Part shown: positions 48,336-58,170 of the stretch, piece by piece
How positions within the stretch are numbered: the stretch's first letter is position 1
Layout: each line of letters opens with the position of its first letter
Assembly (NCBI GenBank): GCA_965226495.1
Contig: OZ245365.1
Location: forward strand, 4,960,001 to 5,024,000
DNA: 64,000 nucleotides
DNA from: Candidatus Marinacidobacterales bacterium
GTDB lineage: Bacteria; Acidobacteriota; Vicinamibacteria; Marinacidobacterales; DATDRI01
Direction: 5' to 3'
Translations under genes and position numbers: made by a program
Notes under the pieces: generated by a model
Databases searched by the model: none
Told to the model about the DNA's origin: nothing
Seen by the model: the letters and a program-made list of their open reading frames with translations, nothing else

Positions 48336-49151
48336 TCAGTTCGTAGAACCCTCCGCCGTCTCCATCCCGTCGAGACGGGCAAGGATCAATTCTCGCCGCT
48401 TGAGCACTAGCTTCTGGTTGTAACCCCAGATGTACTTTTTGATGACGCTCTTGATCTCTTTATCGCTCACCGAGCGAAGTCGCTCGACGACGTCTGGCTG
48501 GTAACTCGTGGGCCAGCGAACTCGATCCGCATCGTAGGGAACACCCCAAAACTTGGCATGGGTACCGATCCCATTGCCGTTGAGATCGTTCAACAACTTG
48601 CGATAGCCCCGAAAAGTCTTGGAGTTATCGATGAGAACCAAACGGTGCTCGGGAGTCACCATCGCGTTATTCAAATGGCGGTCGATGTTGGCAATCAGAT
48701 CGTCGAAGAGCCACATCATGCTTACCTGCCGTCGCCATCTCTCTGCGTCGCCGGGAATCCCTTCGACCTTCTCCATCGTCGTTCCGGTCACCCAAAACTG
48801 CAGACAGCCCTTTCTACCACCGATGCGTCGAGCAACCGTAGGCGGGACCATCCCCAACTGCAGGAGCTTGTCCAGCTCGTAGGCCGCGACTTCCCCGCGG
48901 TAGGTATCGTGCTCCTTGTCGATCTTCTTGAAGACCGCGTAGCGCGTCTCCCCCTTCCACTCCAGTGTCACCTTCTCGGGGTTGGTGACTCCCGTGCCCA
49001 GCTCCTTGCGGTCTACGACATCGGCTTCTTTTAGAAACTCCTCTATCTCTTGGGCATTGGGCCACAGGGGGGGGAATTCTTGCCCGTGCGCCATAGGGGC
49101 GAGAACAAAGACCAGAAACAGAAAGGCGAAGTACTTGAGATGCCGGCTCAC
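48336..49151 (-). CDS. Secreted atypical kinase-like protein (PI3/4-kinase/HipA-like fold)
   Basis: Signal peptide ending MAHG; AVFK, EVAAYELD..L.LGMVPPTV, FDDLIANIDRHLNN, LIDNS. Confidence 0.6.
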   Translation of the reverse strand: MSRHLKYFAFLFLVFVLAPMAHGQEFPPLWPNAQEIEEFLKEADVVDRKELGTGVTNPEKVTLEWKGETRYAVFKKIDKEHDTYRGEVAAYELDKLLQLGMVPPTVARRIGGRKGCLQFWVTGTTMEKVEGIPGDAERWRRQVSMMWLFDDLIANIDRHLNNAMVTPEHRLVLIDNSKTFRGYRKLLNDLNGNGIGTHAKFWGVPYDADRVRWPTSYQPDVVERLRSVSDKEIKSVIKKYIWGYNQKLVLKRRELILARLDGMETAEGSTN

Positions 49152-49241
49152 GGCCTTTTATTAGCACCAGCGGGCGCCATTTTCAAGCGGAAGCATTGCG
49201 TCTTGTATCGAGCACAATCGATGCATTAAGCTGGCGGCGTT

Positions 49242-50648
49242 ATGAGCCTGCCGGCCCTTCTATGGGTTCCGCTCGCGACGATCGTTTTCGACATTCCGCT
49301 TCTCGGCTCCCCACTCACGCCTCCCATACTAGATGAGCTTAGAGAACTGGAGGGTATTGCCACTCTCCGGGCGGACGGCCCCGCTCTCCGCTTGGAAATC
49401 GAGCCGCGGAGCGTGGTGCGGCTTTCGGCGCTCTCGGAAACGATTCGCCGGCATACTTTGAAGACCGAGATCGACTACGACGGGATCCCTCTCGGCGGGC
49501 ATACCATCTTCGAAATGGACGCCGGTCAATGCTTCAATTGCAGTGAGGGACCACTTAAGCAGCGACTATCACGCAAGGATTGGATCGACCGGTGGTCGGT
49601 CGTCGACTACGCGGCCAAGGGTCGATTGCGCTTTCGCATCACGCCCCGGGGTGAAGCGCGGCTCGCCGCGTTGGGAAGGCTCCCCTTCGAGGACATCCTT
49701 TTCACCGATCGTTACGACACCACCGAGCGAGCGAATCTCGACTGGCCAACGGGATCGGTCCAATGGCGCGAGAGCGAAGAGGAAGCGAGGTGGGAATCGA
49801 GCAGACCCCTAAAGCCCCTCCTCATCTTCCCAACCGCGGGCACGTGAGAGGGCGGCCTCTTTGTGAGAACGGGTCCGTTCTCCGAACCCTCGGTGGTCAC
49901 GTTGATCAACCGATACTTTGTCCCCGTGCACGTGGACAACCAAGCCTGGTCGGAGCCGCGCTATGGGATCAAGCCTGGGGAGGAGAACGCATACATTCTT
50001 CTAGAGACGCCGCCCGGCCAAAGTGAACTGCCGGACGTCGTCTTTCTCAAGACACTGAGCCAAGTCCTTGAGCCCGAGAACACGCGTGCCGCGCTCCTTT
50101 CGTTCTTGGAAAAACACCCCGAGTTCCACCGACCGTGGCCGGAGCTCGAGAAGCTCAGTGGAGACTCGGATCCGTCCTCCCGCACAAGGCACGCGGAGCT
50201 TCTTTTGGAAGAGGGTAAGGCCGAGCAAGCGCTCGAGCTATTGAGGGCACCAGGTTTACCCGAGCGGGCGGTTCTAGTTCGTGCACGCGCCTATCGTTAC
50301 TTGCAGCGCGTTGAGGAGGCCGCGGCCGAGCTCAACCGTGCACCGAAAACACTCGAGATGTCGCTCGAAGAGATTCGACTCGCCTACGATCGGGGGCAGC
50401 GCAGCGAGGCGGCGGAAGCTCTCGACGAGCTCTTGTCCCAACATGGGGGAAATCTGAAAGTGGCAGAAGCCTACTACCTTCGCGGGTGGCTCTATCACCT
50501 CGAAGGTGACGACGAACGGGCCATCGAAGTGTGGTCCGACGGGATCGAACGGCACCCCCCGAAGTCTTCGCTTTTCAGCCAAAAGGCCTACCTCACACTC
50601 ATCCGGGCAAACTGGGAGCTCCCGGACACCGTCGATCAGCCACGCTAG
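49242..50648 (+). CDS. Putative selenoprotein: CxxC domain, thioredoxin-like domain (Sec at UGA 49845-47), TPR region; 468 aa on read-through
   Basis: ORFs 49242-49847 and 49863-50648 are in frame; the join reads KPLLIFPTAGT-U-EGGLFVRTGPFSEPSVVTLINRYFVPVHVD. Confidence 0.72.
49848..49891 (+). promoter_or_regulatory. Candidate bacterial SECIS hairpin
   Basis: GAGAACG-GGTC-CGTTCTC (49865-82); G-starting loop 24 nt after the UGA; lower stem GAGGG/CCCTC. Confidence 0.6.
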
Positions 50649-50827
50649 AAAAGTTTAACGTGGGTTTTTCCCCGCGTTTTATGAGTGTTGTGGATCACCT
50701 TGTCTCACCCCTGTTTTGCGCTAGACTTCCTTCGTTCGCGCCAACTCTGGTACTCGTCTCGCGACTCGGGGCTTCCCGAGCGCCAGAGATAAAGCAACGA
50801 AGTCCCTGGGCCAGTTTAGAGGAGACT

Positions 50828-51646
50828 ATGAGAACTACATTCACATGGATAACAACGACGCTAGGGGTATTTCTCCTGGCGGTGACGCTGATCCCAGCTT
50901 GCGGCCAGGGTGATGGAGATGCACTCCCCACGAGCTCCTCGGCTATGTCTTCGGACGGCTCGCTGGCGTTAGCGAGCCCGGTCAGTCAGAGAGATGATGA
51001 TAGCGAAGACGGTGACAGCAACGATGAAGACAGTAGCGACGACGGCGATAGCCTCGACGACGACAGCAGCGACAACGACAGCAATGGCGAAGACAGCAAC
51101 GACGATAGCGAAAGCCTGGATGATGATAGCGGCGACGGCGACGCCGGCCTCGCTGGCGGCGATCTCGAAGACAATGGAACTCGCGTCCGCGATGTCCTTC
51201 TCGCGGTCGATGCTTGTCCAACCTCTTTCACGGTTAGCGGAACGCTGGTCAACGCGACTGCGGAGACGCGATTCGACTGCGAGCCTGGCTGCGATGGTCT
51301 TTTCGAGCGACTGAGTTCTGACCAGTTCTGCCCGTTTGTCGTGCCGGGACTTCCCATTAGGGCTCGCGGCACGAATGATACCGGTACCATCAACGCTTCC
51401 CGAGTTCGAATCGATGACGAGATCAAGGTAACCGGCACTATCGCCGTCGGTAGTGCCGCGTTAGCACCTGGCACGCCGTTCACACTATCGGTTCTGGGCT
51501 TGGGCGATCTGCAATTCGTCGTGGCTCCGGGTGCCTTAATCGACACCTTTGCCGCAGGAAGCACCGTTCGTGTGGAGGGCGTCGTCCCACCTCTGACCGC
51601 CGGGGGCGGATTGCCAACTTTCGGCGCCACCGAGATACAAAACTAG
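50828..51646 (+). CDS. Lipoprotein with Asp/Ser-rich low-complexity linker and two small beta domains (DUF5666-like)
   Basis: RBS GGAG, lipobox IPAC, DDSEDGDSND tract, ATAETRF..., VRVEG...ATEI. Confidence 0.65.
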   Translation: MRTTFTWITTTLGVFLLAVTLIPACGQGDGDALPTSSSAMSSDGSLALASPVSQRDDDSEDGDSNDEDSSDDGDSLDDDSSDNDSNGEDSNDDSESLDDDSGDGDAGLAGGDLEDNGTRVRDVLLAVDACPTSFTVSGTLVNATAETRFDCEPGCDGLFERLSSDQFCPFVVPGLPIRARGTNDTGTINASRVRIDDEIKVTGTIAVGSAALAPGTPFTLSVLGLGDLQFVVAPGALIDTFAAGSTVRVEGVVPPLTAGGGLPTFGATEIQN

Positions 51647-51764
51647 CCTTCCTCGGCTCAAAGTAGTAGGAGTTGGGGAGGCGGACCATCGCTTCCCCAA
51701 CTCTTCTTCATTTCTGGACAACCCCGACCACACACCGTATAAGTTTTTGCGGAGGTGTGAACCC

Positions 51765-52538
51765 ATGAACAAAGCAAGCCCGATCGCGTTCGATCGCTTG
51801 GAAACCGGTGCCTATTGGCGCGTCGTCCTGGATCGTCCCGAGGGCAACATTCTGGATGGCGAGATGATCGAGGCACTGGAGACGGTCTTTCGGAACGCAG
51901 GTAAAGACAAAGACCTCAAGGTACTCTGCATCGAAGGGCGCGGAAGCCACTTCTCTTTCGGATCCAGCATTCAGGAGCATCTGCCCGAGCACGCCGAGAA
52001 CATGATTCGCGGCTTCCATGGAATGCTCGAAACCATGTTCGACGGCTCCTTTATCGTCCTCGCCGCCGTGCGGGGGCAGTGTCTAGGAGGGGGGCTGGAG
52101 TTGGTCAGCTGCTGCCATCGCGTCTTCGCTTCACGCAACGCGCGGTTGGGGCAACCCGAAATCCTGCTCGGCGTCTTCCCACCAGTGGCCTCGGTTATTC
52201 TTCCCGAGCGAGTGGGTCGGGCGAACGCGGAAGAGCTGTGTTTGTCTGGAAGGAGTGTCACCGCCGAGGAAGGACTCTCGATGGGCCTAGTAGATGTCGT
52301 CGCCGATGATCCGAGTGACGCGGCTTTGGCCTATGCCAAGGAACACTTGCTCCCCCGCTCGGCGTCGAGCCTACGACACACCGTTCGCGCGACCCGAAAC
52401 GGCCTGCGGGAGCGCTTCCTTGCCGAGCTCAGCGAGGTCGAGCGGATCTACCTCAACGAGCTGATGAAAACGCACGATGCGGTGGAAGGATTAGAAGCCT
52501 TTATCGAAAAACGTCCTCCGCGGTGGAAAAACGCCTGA
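51765..52538 (+). CDS. dch: Enoyl-CoA hydratase family, cyclohexa-1,5-dienecarbonyl-CoA hydratase-like
   Basis: GNILD, HFSFGSSIQEH, GQCLGGGLE, GQPEILLGVFPP, DAVEGLEAFIEKR. Confidence 0.65.
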   Translation: MNKASPIAFDRLETGAYWRVVLDRPEGNILDGEMIEALETVFRNAGKDKDLKVLCIEGRGSHFSFGSSIQEHLPEHAENMIRGFHGMLETMFDGSFIVLAAVRGQCLGGGLELVSCCHRVFASRNARLGQPEILLGVFPPVASVILPERVGRANAEELCLSGRSVTAEEGLSMGLVDVVADDPSDAALAYAKEHLLPRSASSLRHTVRATRNGLRERFLAELSEVERIYLNELMKTHDAVEGLEAFIEKRPPRWKNA

Positions 52539-52551
52539 GCATCGAAGACGA

Positions 52552-53916
52552 TTACTTGTAAACAACGCCTCCCTTGATGACCCGCGATACGCGATACTGA
52601 AGCAGAGAAATATCGTCGAGAGGGTTACCGTCCACAACAATGATATCGGCGAGCTTGCCAACGGCGATCGTTCCTAAGTGATCGTCGACGCCCTGCATCT
52701 GGGCGGGCCGCAACGTGGCCGATTGGATGGCTTGCATGGGCGAGAGACCGGCGTCGACTAAGTGAGCGATCTCTCGCAGCACAGAAGCGTGGTAGTTGAG
52801 AGGCGAGCCGGCGTCGGTGCCGGCAACGATTTGTTCCACGCCTCCCGCTTCGATGAAACGCCGCACCTTCTGCCGCACCACCTCCATCCGCGTCGTCGCA
52901 CCGATACCCCAGGGAATGCTTTGGGGCGACTGCCACGTTTCCCGCAGGTACGCATAGATGTCGGGCGCAAATTGGCTACGGAAGCGAGGATGATCTAGGG
53001 CTTCCGGGAAACGGAGCGCTCGCGCGTAGGCTTCCCGCATTTCCAAACTGGGAGCAACATAAGGTCCGCGAAGGATGTTCGCCGAAGGGCCGAGAGCCAC
53101 CGGCTTTTCACCGCGCACCAAGAGACGGAGCTCGCCATCGCTGTAGCCTGAGAGAGCGTCGGCTGTGAAGACCGCGTGTAGGCGATCGACGCCGGCCTGG
53201 ATCCCCGTTTCCCAGGCTGTTACCTGTCGCACTCCCAGATCGATTCCGAGTCCGGCGCTATGGGCAACTTCCGTGAGAGCTTGCAAAAGCTCCAAGTCCC
53301 AAGCACCATCGGACCAGATCTGATCCGCCTTCATACGAACCAGCTCTTCAACGATGCGTTCGGCGTCCGCGCGCGAGCCCACTACGAAGCGGCCCTCGTC
53401 TTCTTTGCCGGTTGCCTGCTTGACGGTTGGTCCAGCAAGGAAGAGCCGGGGTCCCTTCTTTTCACCCGCCTCGATGGCTTCCCGAAGCTCTCCCTGCTCC
53501 TCGAGGGGGCCACCCAGGTCACGAAAGGTGGTCACTCCGGCGAGCAAGTTGATCTCCGCAACCGTCGTCATCACTTCCATCACGCGATCGGGAAACCTGG
53601 AGAAGAAGCGTGTCGGAGGCGCACCGGCCCCGAAGAGCCGGAGGTGTCCGTGCGACTCCCAGATGCCAGGCATCACCGTCATCCCATTGGCATCGATCAC
53701 CTTGGCTCCGGTGGGGATGGTGAGCTCACCCTCTCGCCCCACGGCGACAATCGTATCGTCCTTGACGAGAACGACCGCGTTCTCGAGCGGTCGACCTCCA
53801 AACCCATCGATGAGTAGCCCTCCGGTTACCGCAAGGTCAGCTTCTTGGGCCTGTAATGCGGCTGGGTTGGCGGTGAGTCCTGTGACAATTATGAATACGG
53901 CGATTCTCTTAAGCAT
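52552..53916 (-). CDS. Secreted amidohydrolase-family protein
   Basis: Signal peptide, PGIWESHGH, GVTTFRDLG, AGTDAG, GKLADIIVVDGNPL. Confidence 0.8.
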   Translation of the reverse strand: MLKRIAVFIIVTGLTANPAALQAQEADLAVTGGLLIDGFGGRPLENAVVLVKDDTIVAVGREGELTIPTGAKVIDANGMTVMPGIWESHGHLRLFGAGAPPTRFFSRFPDRVMEVMTTVAEINLLAGVTTFRDLGGPLEEQGELREAIEAGEKKGPRLFLAGPTVKQATGKEDEGRFVVGSRADAERIVEELVRMKADQIWSDGAWDLELLQALTEVAHSAGLGIDLGVRQVTAWETGIQAGVDRLHAVFTADALSGYSDGELRLLVRGEKPVALGPSANILRGPYVAPSLEMREAYARALRFPEALDHPRFRSQFAPDIYAYLRETWQSPQSIPWGIGATTRMEVVRQKVRRFIEAGGVEQIVAGTDAGSPLNYHASVLREIAHLVDAGLSPMQAIQSATLRPAQMQGVDDHLGTIAVGKLADIIVVDGNPLDDISLLQYRVSRVIKGGVVYK

Positions 53917-54045
53917 TTGGTTTCTCCATCACTTAGTGCGCGCGGGACCCCACAACAACGCGCGATTTTCCTCGGGCATCTATCGGCGCTCGCGGGGACC
54001 CCACCCCCGCTCGAGCTCAGGGCTGTAGCTCGGTTGAGAATTTCA

Positions 54046-57000
54046 CTAGGGCGTCTCGGACACTACGACGGCCGGGATACCGTGCTCTTCGAAGAGCGCG
54101 TTGAAGCGAGCCAAATCCTGTTCTAGAAGCACCGTCATCTCTCTCTGAAGCGCCTCCCACTGAACCTGGAGCTCATCGAAACGCTTCTTCGCGCTCTCCG
54201 TGGGCGGGGCGTCGGCGCTGACCACCGCACCTTTCACGAAAAGGAACTGCTCGTTCAGCATGGTCGGGAAATTGACCGCGTCCATGATGGTCTCGAGCCT
54301 TGGCTGCATGAGTTTCGTCTCCAGCTCCATGAGCTTTGCAGACAGCGTCTCGCCGGCTTCGGTTATTTCGCTTTCCCCCGCGAGTCCCTCGGCCGAGGAG
54401 ACACGCGCCTCCACCTGCTCACGTAGTTGCTGAAGCACGATAACCGACCTATGGACTCCGTTGATCGATTCACGGATTCGGCCAAGAAACACCGCCTGTT
54501 CTCGAAGCTCGGCATCCGTCGCTTTGACTCGGGGATCTTTGAGGACTCGGAACGTCTCGGTCAGCGATTCATCGCCCACCTTCAATCGAACCTCATAGTC
54601 CCCCGGCGGGACGCGGTAACCGGGGACGGTTCCGAAGAAATCCGCGGCGAGGAACGTGCCGGGAACGCGAACGATAACCTCGTGCCTCAGATCCCAAACG
54701 AGACGATTCATACCCGGCGCCGTCGGAGTCGCCGCAAACGTTCGAATGACCGCCCCGCTGGAGTCTGCGAACTCGGTTCGAATCGGTTCTGCCGGCACTT
54801 CCGACAAATAGAAATAAACGATAGCCCCAGCCGGAGCATTCTCGCCCTCCCCAGGTCGCGTCCTCGCGCTTCCCTGGGTGCGATAGCTGTCTCGCGGGCG
54901 GAATAAAAAAACTTCCGTGTCCCGAGTGACGGAACTCATCTGTTGCAGCGGTGAGAGATCATCGAGAATCCAAAAGCCGCGCCCGTCGGTCGACGCCACG
55001 AGGTCGTTGTGGCGAACGACCAGATCGGTGACCGGCACTGAGGGGAGATTGAGCTTGAGGCTTTGCCAAAGAGCACCGTCGTTGAACGAAACGTAAACAC
55101 CGCTTTGGGTTCCCGCGTACAAAAGTCCTTTTCGCCCCGGATCCTCCCGAACCACACGCACCGAGTCATTACTGGGAAGACCTCGGGCGATGGGGAGCCA
55201 AGTCTCTCCGTAATCGCTGGTCTTATAGACGTAGGGTTCGAAGTCGTTGGTAACGAACCCCGTCGCCACAATGTAGGCAGTCCCCGGGTCGTGTGGCGAT
55301 ACATCGATGGCGTTGATCCTCGTTTCGCCGATCCCCGGCGGGGTGACGTCTTCCCAACTTTCCCCTCCGTTGCGTGTGATCTGAGCGAGTCCTCCATCCG
55401 TGCCCACCCAAAGGGTGCCGGCTTCGTGAGGAGATTCCACCAAGTAAGTGATGGTGTTGTAGTACTCGCCTCCCGCGGCCTCTCCCATGATGGGACCGCC
55501 ACCGGCACCGTGTTTGGCTTCTTCGTTCCTGGTCAAATCGGGACTGATCTCTTCCCAGCTCGCTCCGCCATCCGTCGACCTTAGGACCAGCTGGGCCGCG
55601 TGATAGATCGTCTTGTAATCGTGCGGAGACGCAACGATGGGCGCGTTCCAATTGAAACGGTAGCGCAGGTCCTTGGTATCCAAACCGAGCCCCTGCACCG
55701 GAATCGCCATGATGTTTCTGGCTTGCCCGCTGCGACGGTCGTACTCGGTGATCTGATTCATGTTCGCGCCCGCGTAAATGAGCGTCGGATCGTCCGGATC
55801 GAACGCCACGAAGCCGCTTTCACCTCCCCCCACCGTGTGCCAATCTTGCCTCGCGATCCCGGTACCTGAAGTCCGGCTCGGGACCGCCGCACACCCGGTG
55901 GTGTCCTGCTGGCAGCCATAGACCCAGTAGGGGAACCGATTGTCGGTGGTGACGCGATAGAACTGGGCCGTCGGTTGATTGTCTTGAGGTCCCCAGGTTC
56001 GCCCCCCATTGAAAGTAACGTTGGCGCCTCCGTCGTTGCCGTTGATCATCCAGTCGTTGTGTTGCGGGTGAATCCAAAGATCGTGATTGTCACTATGCGG
56101 CGTGGGTACGTTCTCGAAACTCTTGCCGCCGTCGGTGGAACGGAGCATCTGCATGTTGAGGACATAAACCGTATCGGGGTCCACCGGATCGGCGTAGACG
56201 CGCATGAAGTACCAGGAGCGGGCAAAGAGGACGCGTTCGGAATTGACGCGATGCCATGTCGCACCCGCGTCGTCCGAGCGATAGAGTCCTCCCTCGTCGG
56301 CTTCGACGATCGCCCATACTCTTTCCGGATCGGCGGGCGAGACGGCGACGCCTATCTTCCCCAGCGTACCTTCGGGCAAGCCTTCGGTTAACTCTTCCCA
56401 GGTCTCACCCCCATCCGATGTTTTGTAGACTCCGCTCCCGGGCCCACCACTCGTAATCTTCCAGGGCTGCCTTTGATACTCCCACATAGCCGCGTAGAGG
56501 ATTCGCGGATTAGTGGGGTCCATACTGAGATCCACCGCTCCCGTCTTATCGTCGACGAAAAGAATCCGCTGCCAGCTCTTCCCGCCGTCCTCGGATCGAT
56601 AGACACCCCGTTCCTCGCTGGGTCCCCAGGGACTTCCTTGAGAAGCGGCATAGACCACGTCGGCGTTCTTGGGGTGAACGCGAATTCTCGGAATGCGGCG
56701 ACTGGAAGGTAGGCCTCGGTGCTCCCACGTTTTCCCGCCGTCGGTGGATTTGTAAACGCCGTCCCCATCGGACGAGGTCTGGCCCCGCGGCGGCCCCTCC
56801 CCCATCCCTACGTAGATGACGTTGGGATCGGACTCAGCCACGGCAATCGCCCCGACCGAGCCCGTCGCGAAATGGCCGTCTGAAATGACGTTCCATGTGA
56901 CGCCGGCATCATCGGTTTTCCAGAGGCCCCCGCCCGCAGCGCCCGAAAAGAAGGAATGGATCTGGCCGGGGACACCCGTGACCGCCGTGACCCTTCCACC

Positions 57001-57123
57001 TCGAAACGGCCCGATGTGACGCCACCTCATCGCCTGCTCGAGATTGGGATCGACTCGCTGCCCGTAGGCGACATTCCCACACAACGTCAGAACTGAGATG
57101 AGCGTACCGATCAATCTCCTCAT
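54046..57123 (-). CDS. Secreted BNR/VPS10-type beta-propeller glycosyl hydrolase-like protein
   Basis: Start MRRLIG; WRHIGPFRGGR, many SxDGGxTW repeats, HSDNHDLWI, STDGRGFWILDD. Confidence 0.85.
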   Translation of the reverse strand: MRRLIGTLISVLTLCGNVAYGQRVDPNLEQAMRWRHIGPFRGGRVTAVTGVPGQIHSFFSGAAGGGLWKTDDAGVTWNVISDGHFATGSVGAIAVAESDPNVIYVGMGEGPPRGQTSSDGDGVYKSTDGGKTWEHRGLPSSRRIPRIRVHPKNADVVYAASQGSPWGPSEERGVYRSEDGGKSWQRILFVDDKTGAVDLSMDPTNPRILYAAMWEYQRQPWKITSGGPGSGVYKTSDGGETWEELTEGLPEGTLGKIGVAVSPADPERVWAIVEADEGGLYRSDDAGATWHRVNSERVLFARSWYFMRVYADPVDPDTVYVLNMQMLRSTDGGKSFENVPTPHSDNHDLWIHPQHNDWMINGNDGGANVTFNGGRTWGPQDNQPTAQFYRVTTDNRFPYWVYGCQQDTTGCAAVPSRTSGTGIARQDWHTVGGGESGFVAFDPDDPTLIYAGANMNQITEYDRRSGQARNIMAIPVQGLGLDTKDLRYRFNWNAPIVASPHDYKTIYHAAQLVLRSTDGGASWEEISPDLTRNEEAKHGAGGGPIMGEAAGGEYYNTITYLVESPHEAGTLWVGTDGGLAQITRNGGESWEDVTPPGIGETRINAIDVSPHDPGTAYIVATGFVTNDFEPYVYKTSDYGETWLPIARGLPSNDSVRVVREDPGRKGLLYAGTQSGVYVSFNDGALWQSLKLNLPSVPVTDLVVRHNDLVASTDGRGFWILDDLSPLQQMSSVTRDTEVFLFRPRDSYRTQGSARTRPGEGENAPAGAIVYFYLSEVPAEPIRTEFADSSGAVIRTFAATPTAPGMNRLVWDLRHEVIVRVPGTFLAADFFGTVPGYRVPPGDYEVRLKVGDESLTETFRVLKDPRVKATDAELREQAVFLGRIRESINGVHRSVIVLQQLREQVEARVSSAEGLAGESEITEAGETLSAKLMELETKLMQPRLETIMDAVNFPTMLNEQFLFVKGAVVSADAPPTESAKKRFDELQVQWEALQREMTVLLEQDLARFNALFEEHGIPAVVVSETP

Positions 57124-57157
57124 ACTGTCCTCCCTGTGCCCCGCGAAGGATATCAAT

Positions 57158-57201
57158 AAGCTGGCAAACTTGTCGCTGGAAGCTGGCAAACTTGCCGCTC
57201 G
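57158..57201. repeat. 22-bp tandem duplication in a divergent intergenic region
   Basis: AAGCTGGCAAACTTGTCGCTGG followed by AAGCTGGCAAACTTGCCGCTCG. Confidence 0.85.
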
Positions 57202-57248
57202 ATTCGTGGTACAAACGTCTCCCTAATTTCTTGTCCTGAAAGGAGTCC

Positions 57249-58008
57249 ATGATGGCTGGTGTTCGCGTTCTTTTGGGCTGGTGAGTCGTGGTCTCGAGCA
57301 GCACCCACTTCAAAGGATGGGATTTCTTCGCCAGTACGGTGTACGAGACCGGCACTGAGTATTTGGACAAAGCACTCGTGCCGCCCGCATTCGAGTTTCA
57401 CCATATGCCCAGCCGCATAGCCGCGAAGGAGTTCCCCCTCGACACGAAGGGACTGGCGGACTATGACGTCGTGATCCTGAGCGACATCGGTGCCAACACA
57501 CTTCTTTTGCATCCCGACACCTGGGCCCGCGGCAAGGCAACGCCTAACCGCTTGCAACTCCTCGCGGAATGGGTGAACGAGGGGGGGCGGACTGGCGATG
57601 GCAGGTGGCTATTTCTCCTTCGCGGGAATCTACGGCGCGGCGAAATACTACAGGACTCCGATCGAAGAGATCTTGCCCGTCAGCATCCACTGCTTCGACG
57701 ATCGCCTCGAGACCCCGGAAGGTACTTCTCCCAAAGTCGTCGACTCGTCTCACCCAATTGTCGAGAACATGCCCGAGCCATGGCCACACCTTCTCGGATT
57801 CAACGAGCTCGTACTCAAGAAGGAAGCGACCCTTGTCGCGAAGGCGGGAGAACATCCCTTGCTCGCGGTGCAACAGGTCGGAAAGGGCCGCTCGCTCGCC
57901 TGGGCATCGGATATCGGTCCGCACTGGTGTCCGGAAGCGTTCGCGAGCTGGGAAGGTTACGCGCGTTTGTGGTCGCAGTCCATGGAGTGGTTGGCCGGAC
58001 GACGGTAG
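57249..58008 (+). CDS. Glutamine amidotransferase-like protein (DUF1355-like), with frameshifts near 57276, 57295 and 57585
   Basis: Reconstructed VLLAGESW...STHFKGWD...YDVVILSDIGANT...GGGLAMAGGYFSF...SDIGPHW. Confidence 0.75.
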
Positions 58009-58170
58009 GCGTACTCCTCCGAGGAAGTTAACCGCACTATTCCGATGGCCGGGATCGCCGCCACGGTGTTCCCCCCGGCCTCTTCCCTGCTATAGTATTT
58101 CTCAAGCCTTTCCATAAACGACTCCGCGAGGGGGATCTTCGGTCAGCACGAATCCATATACATCATAGTT

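Noticed and set aside
53938-54040. Intergenic GC-rich partial repeat (GCGGGACCCCAC-like, two copies)
   Set aside because: Short, imperfect and not seen elsewhere in the window, so an element cannot be supported.
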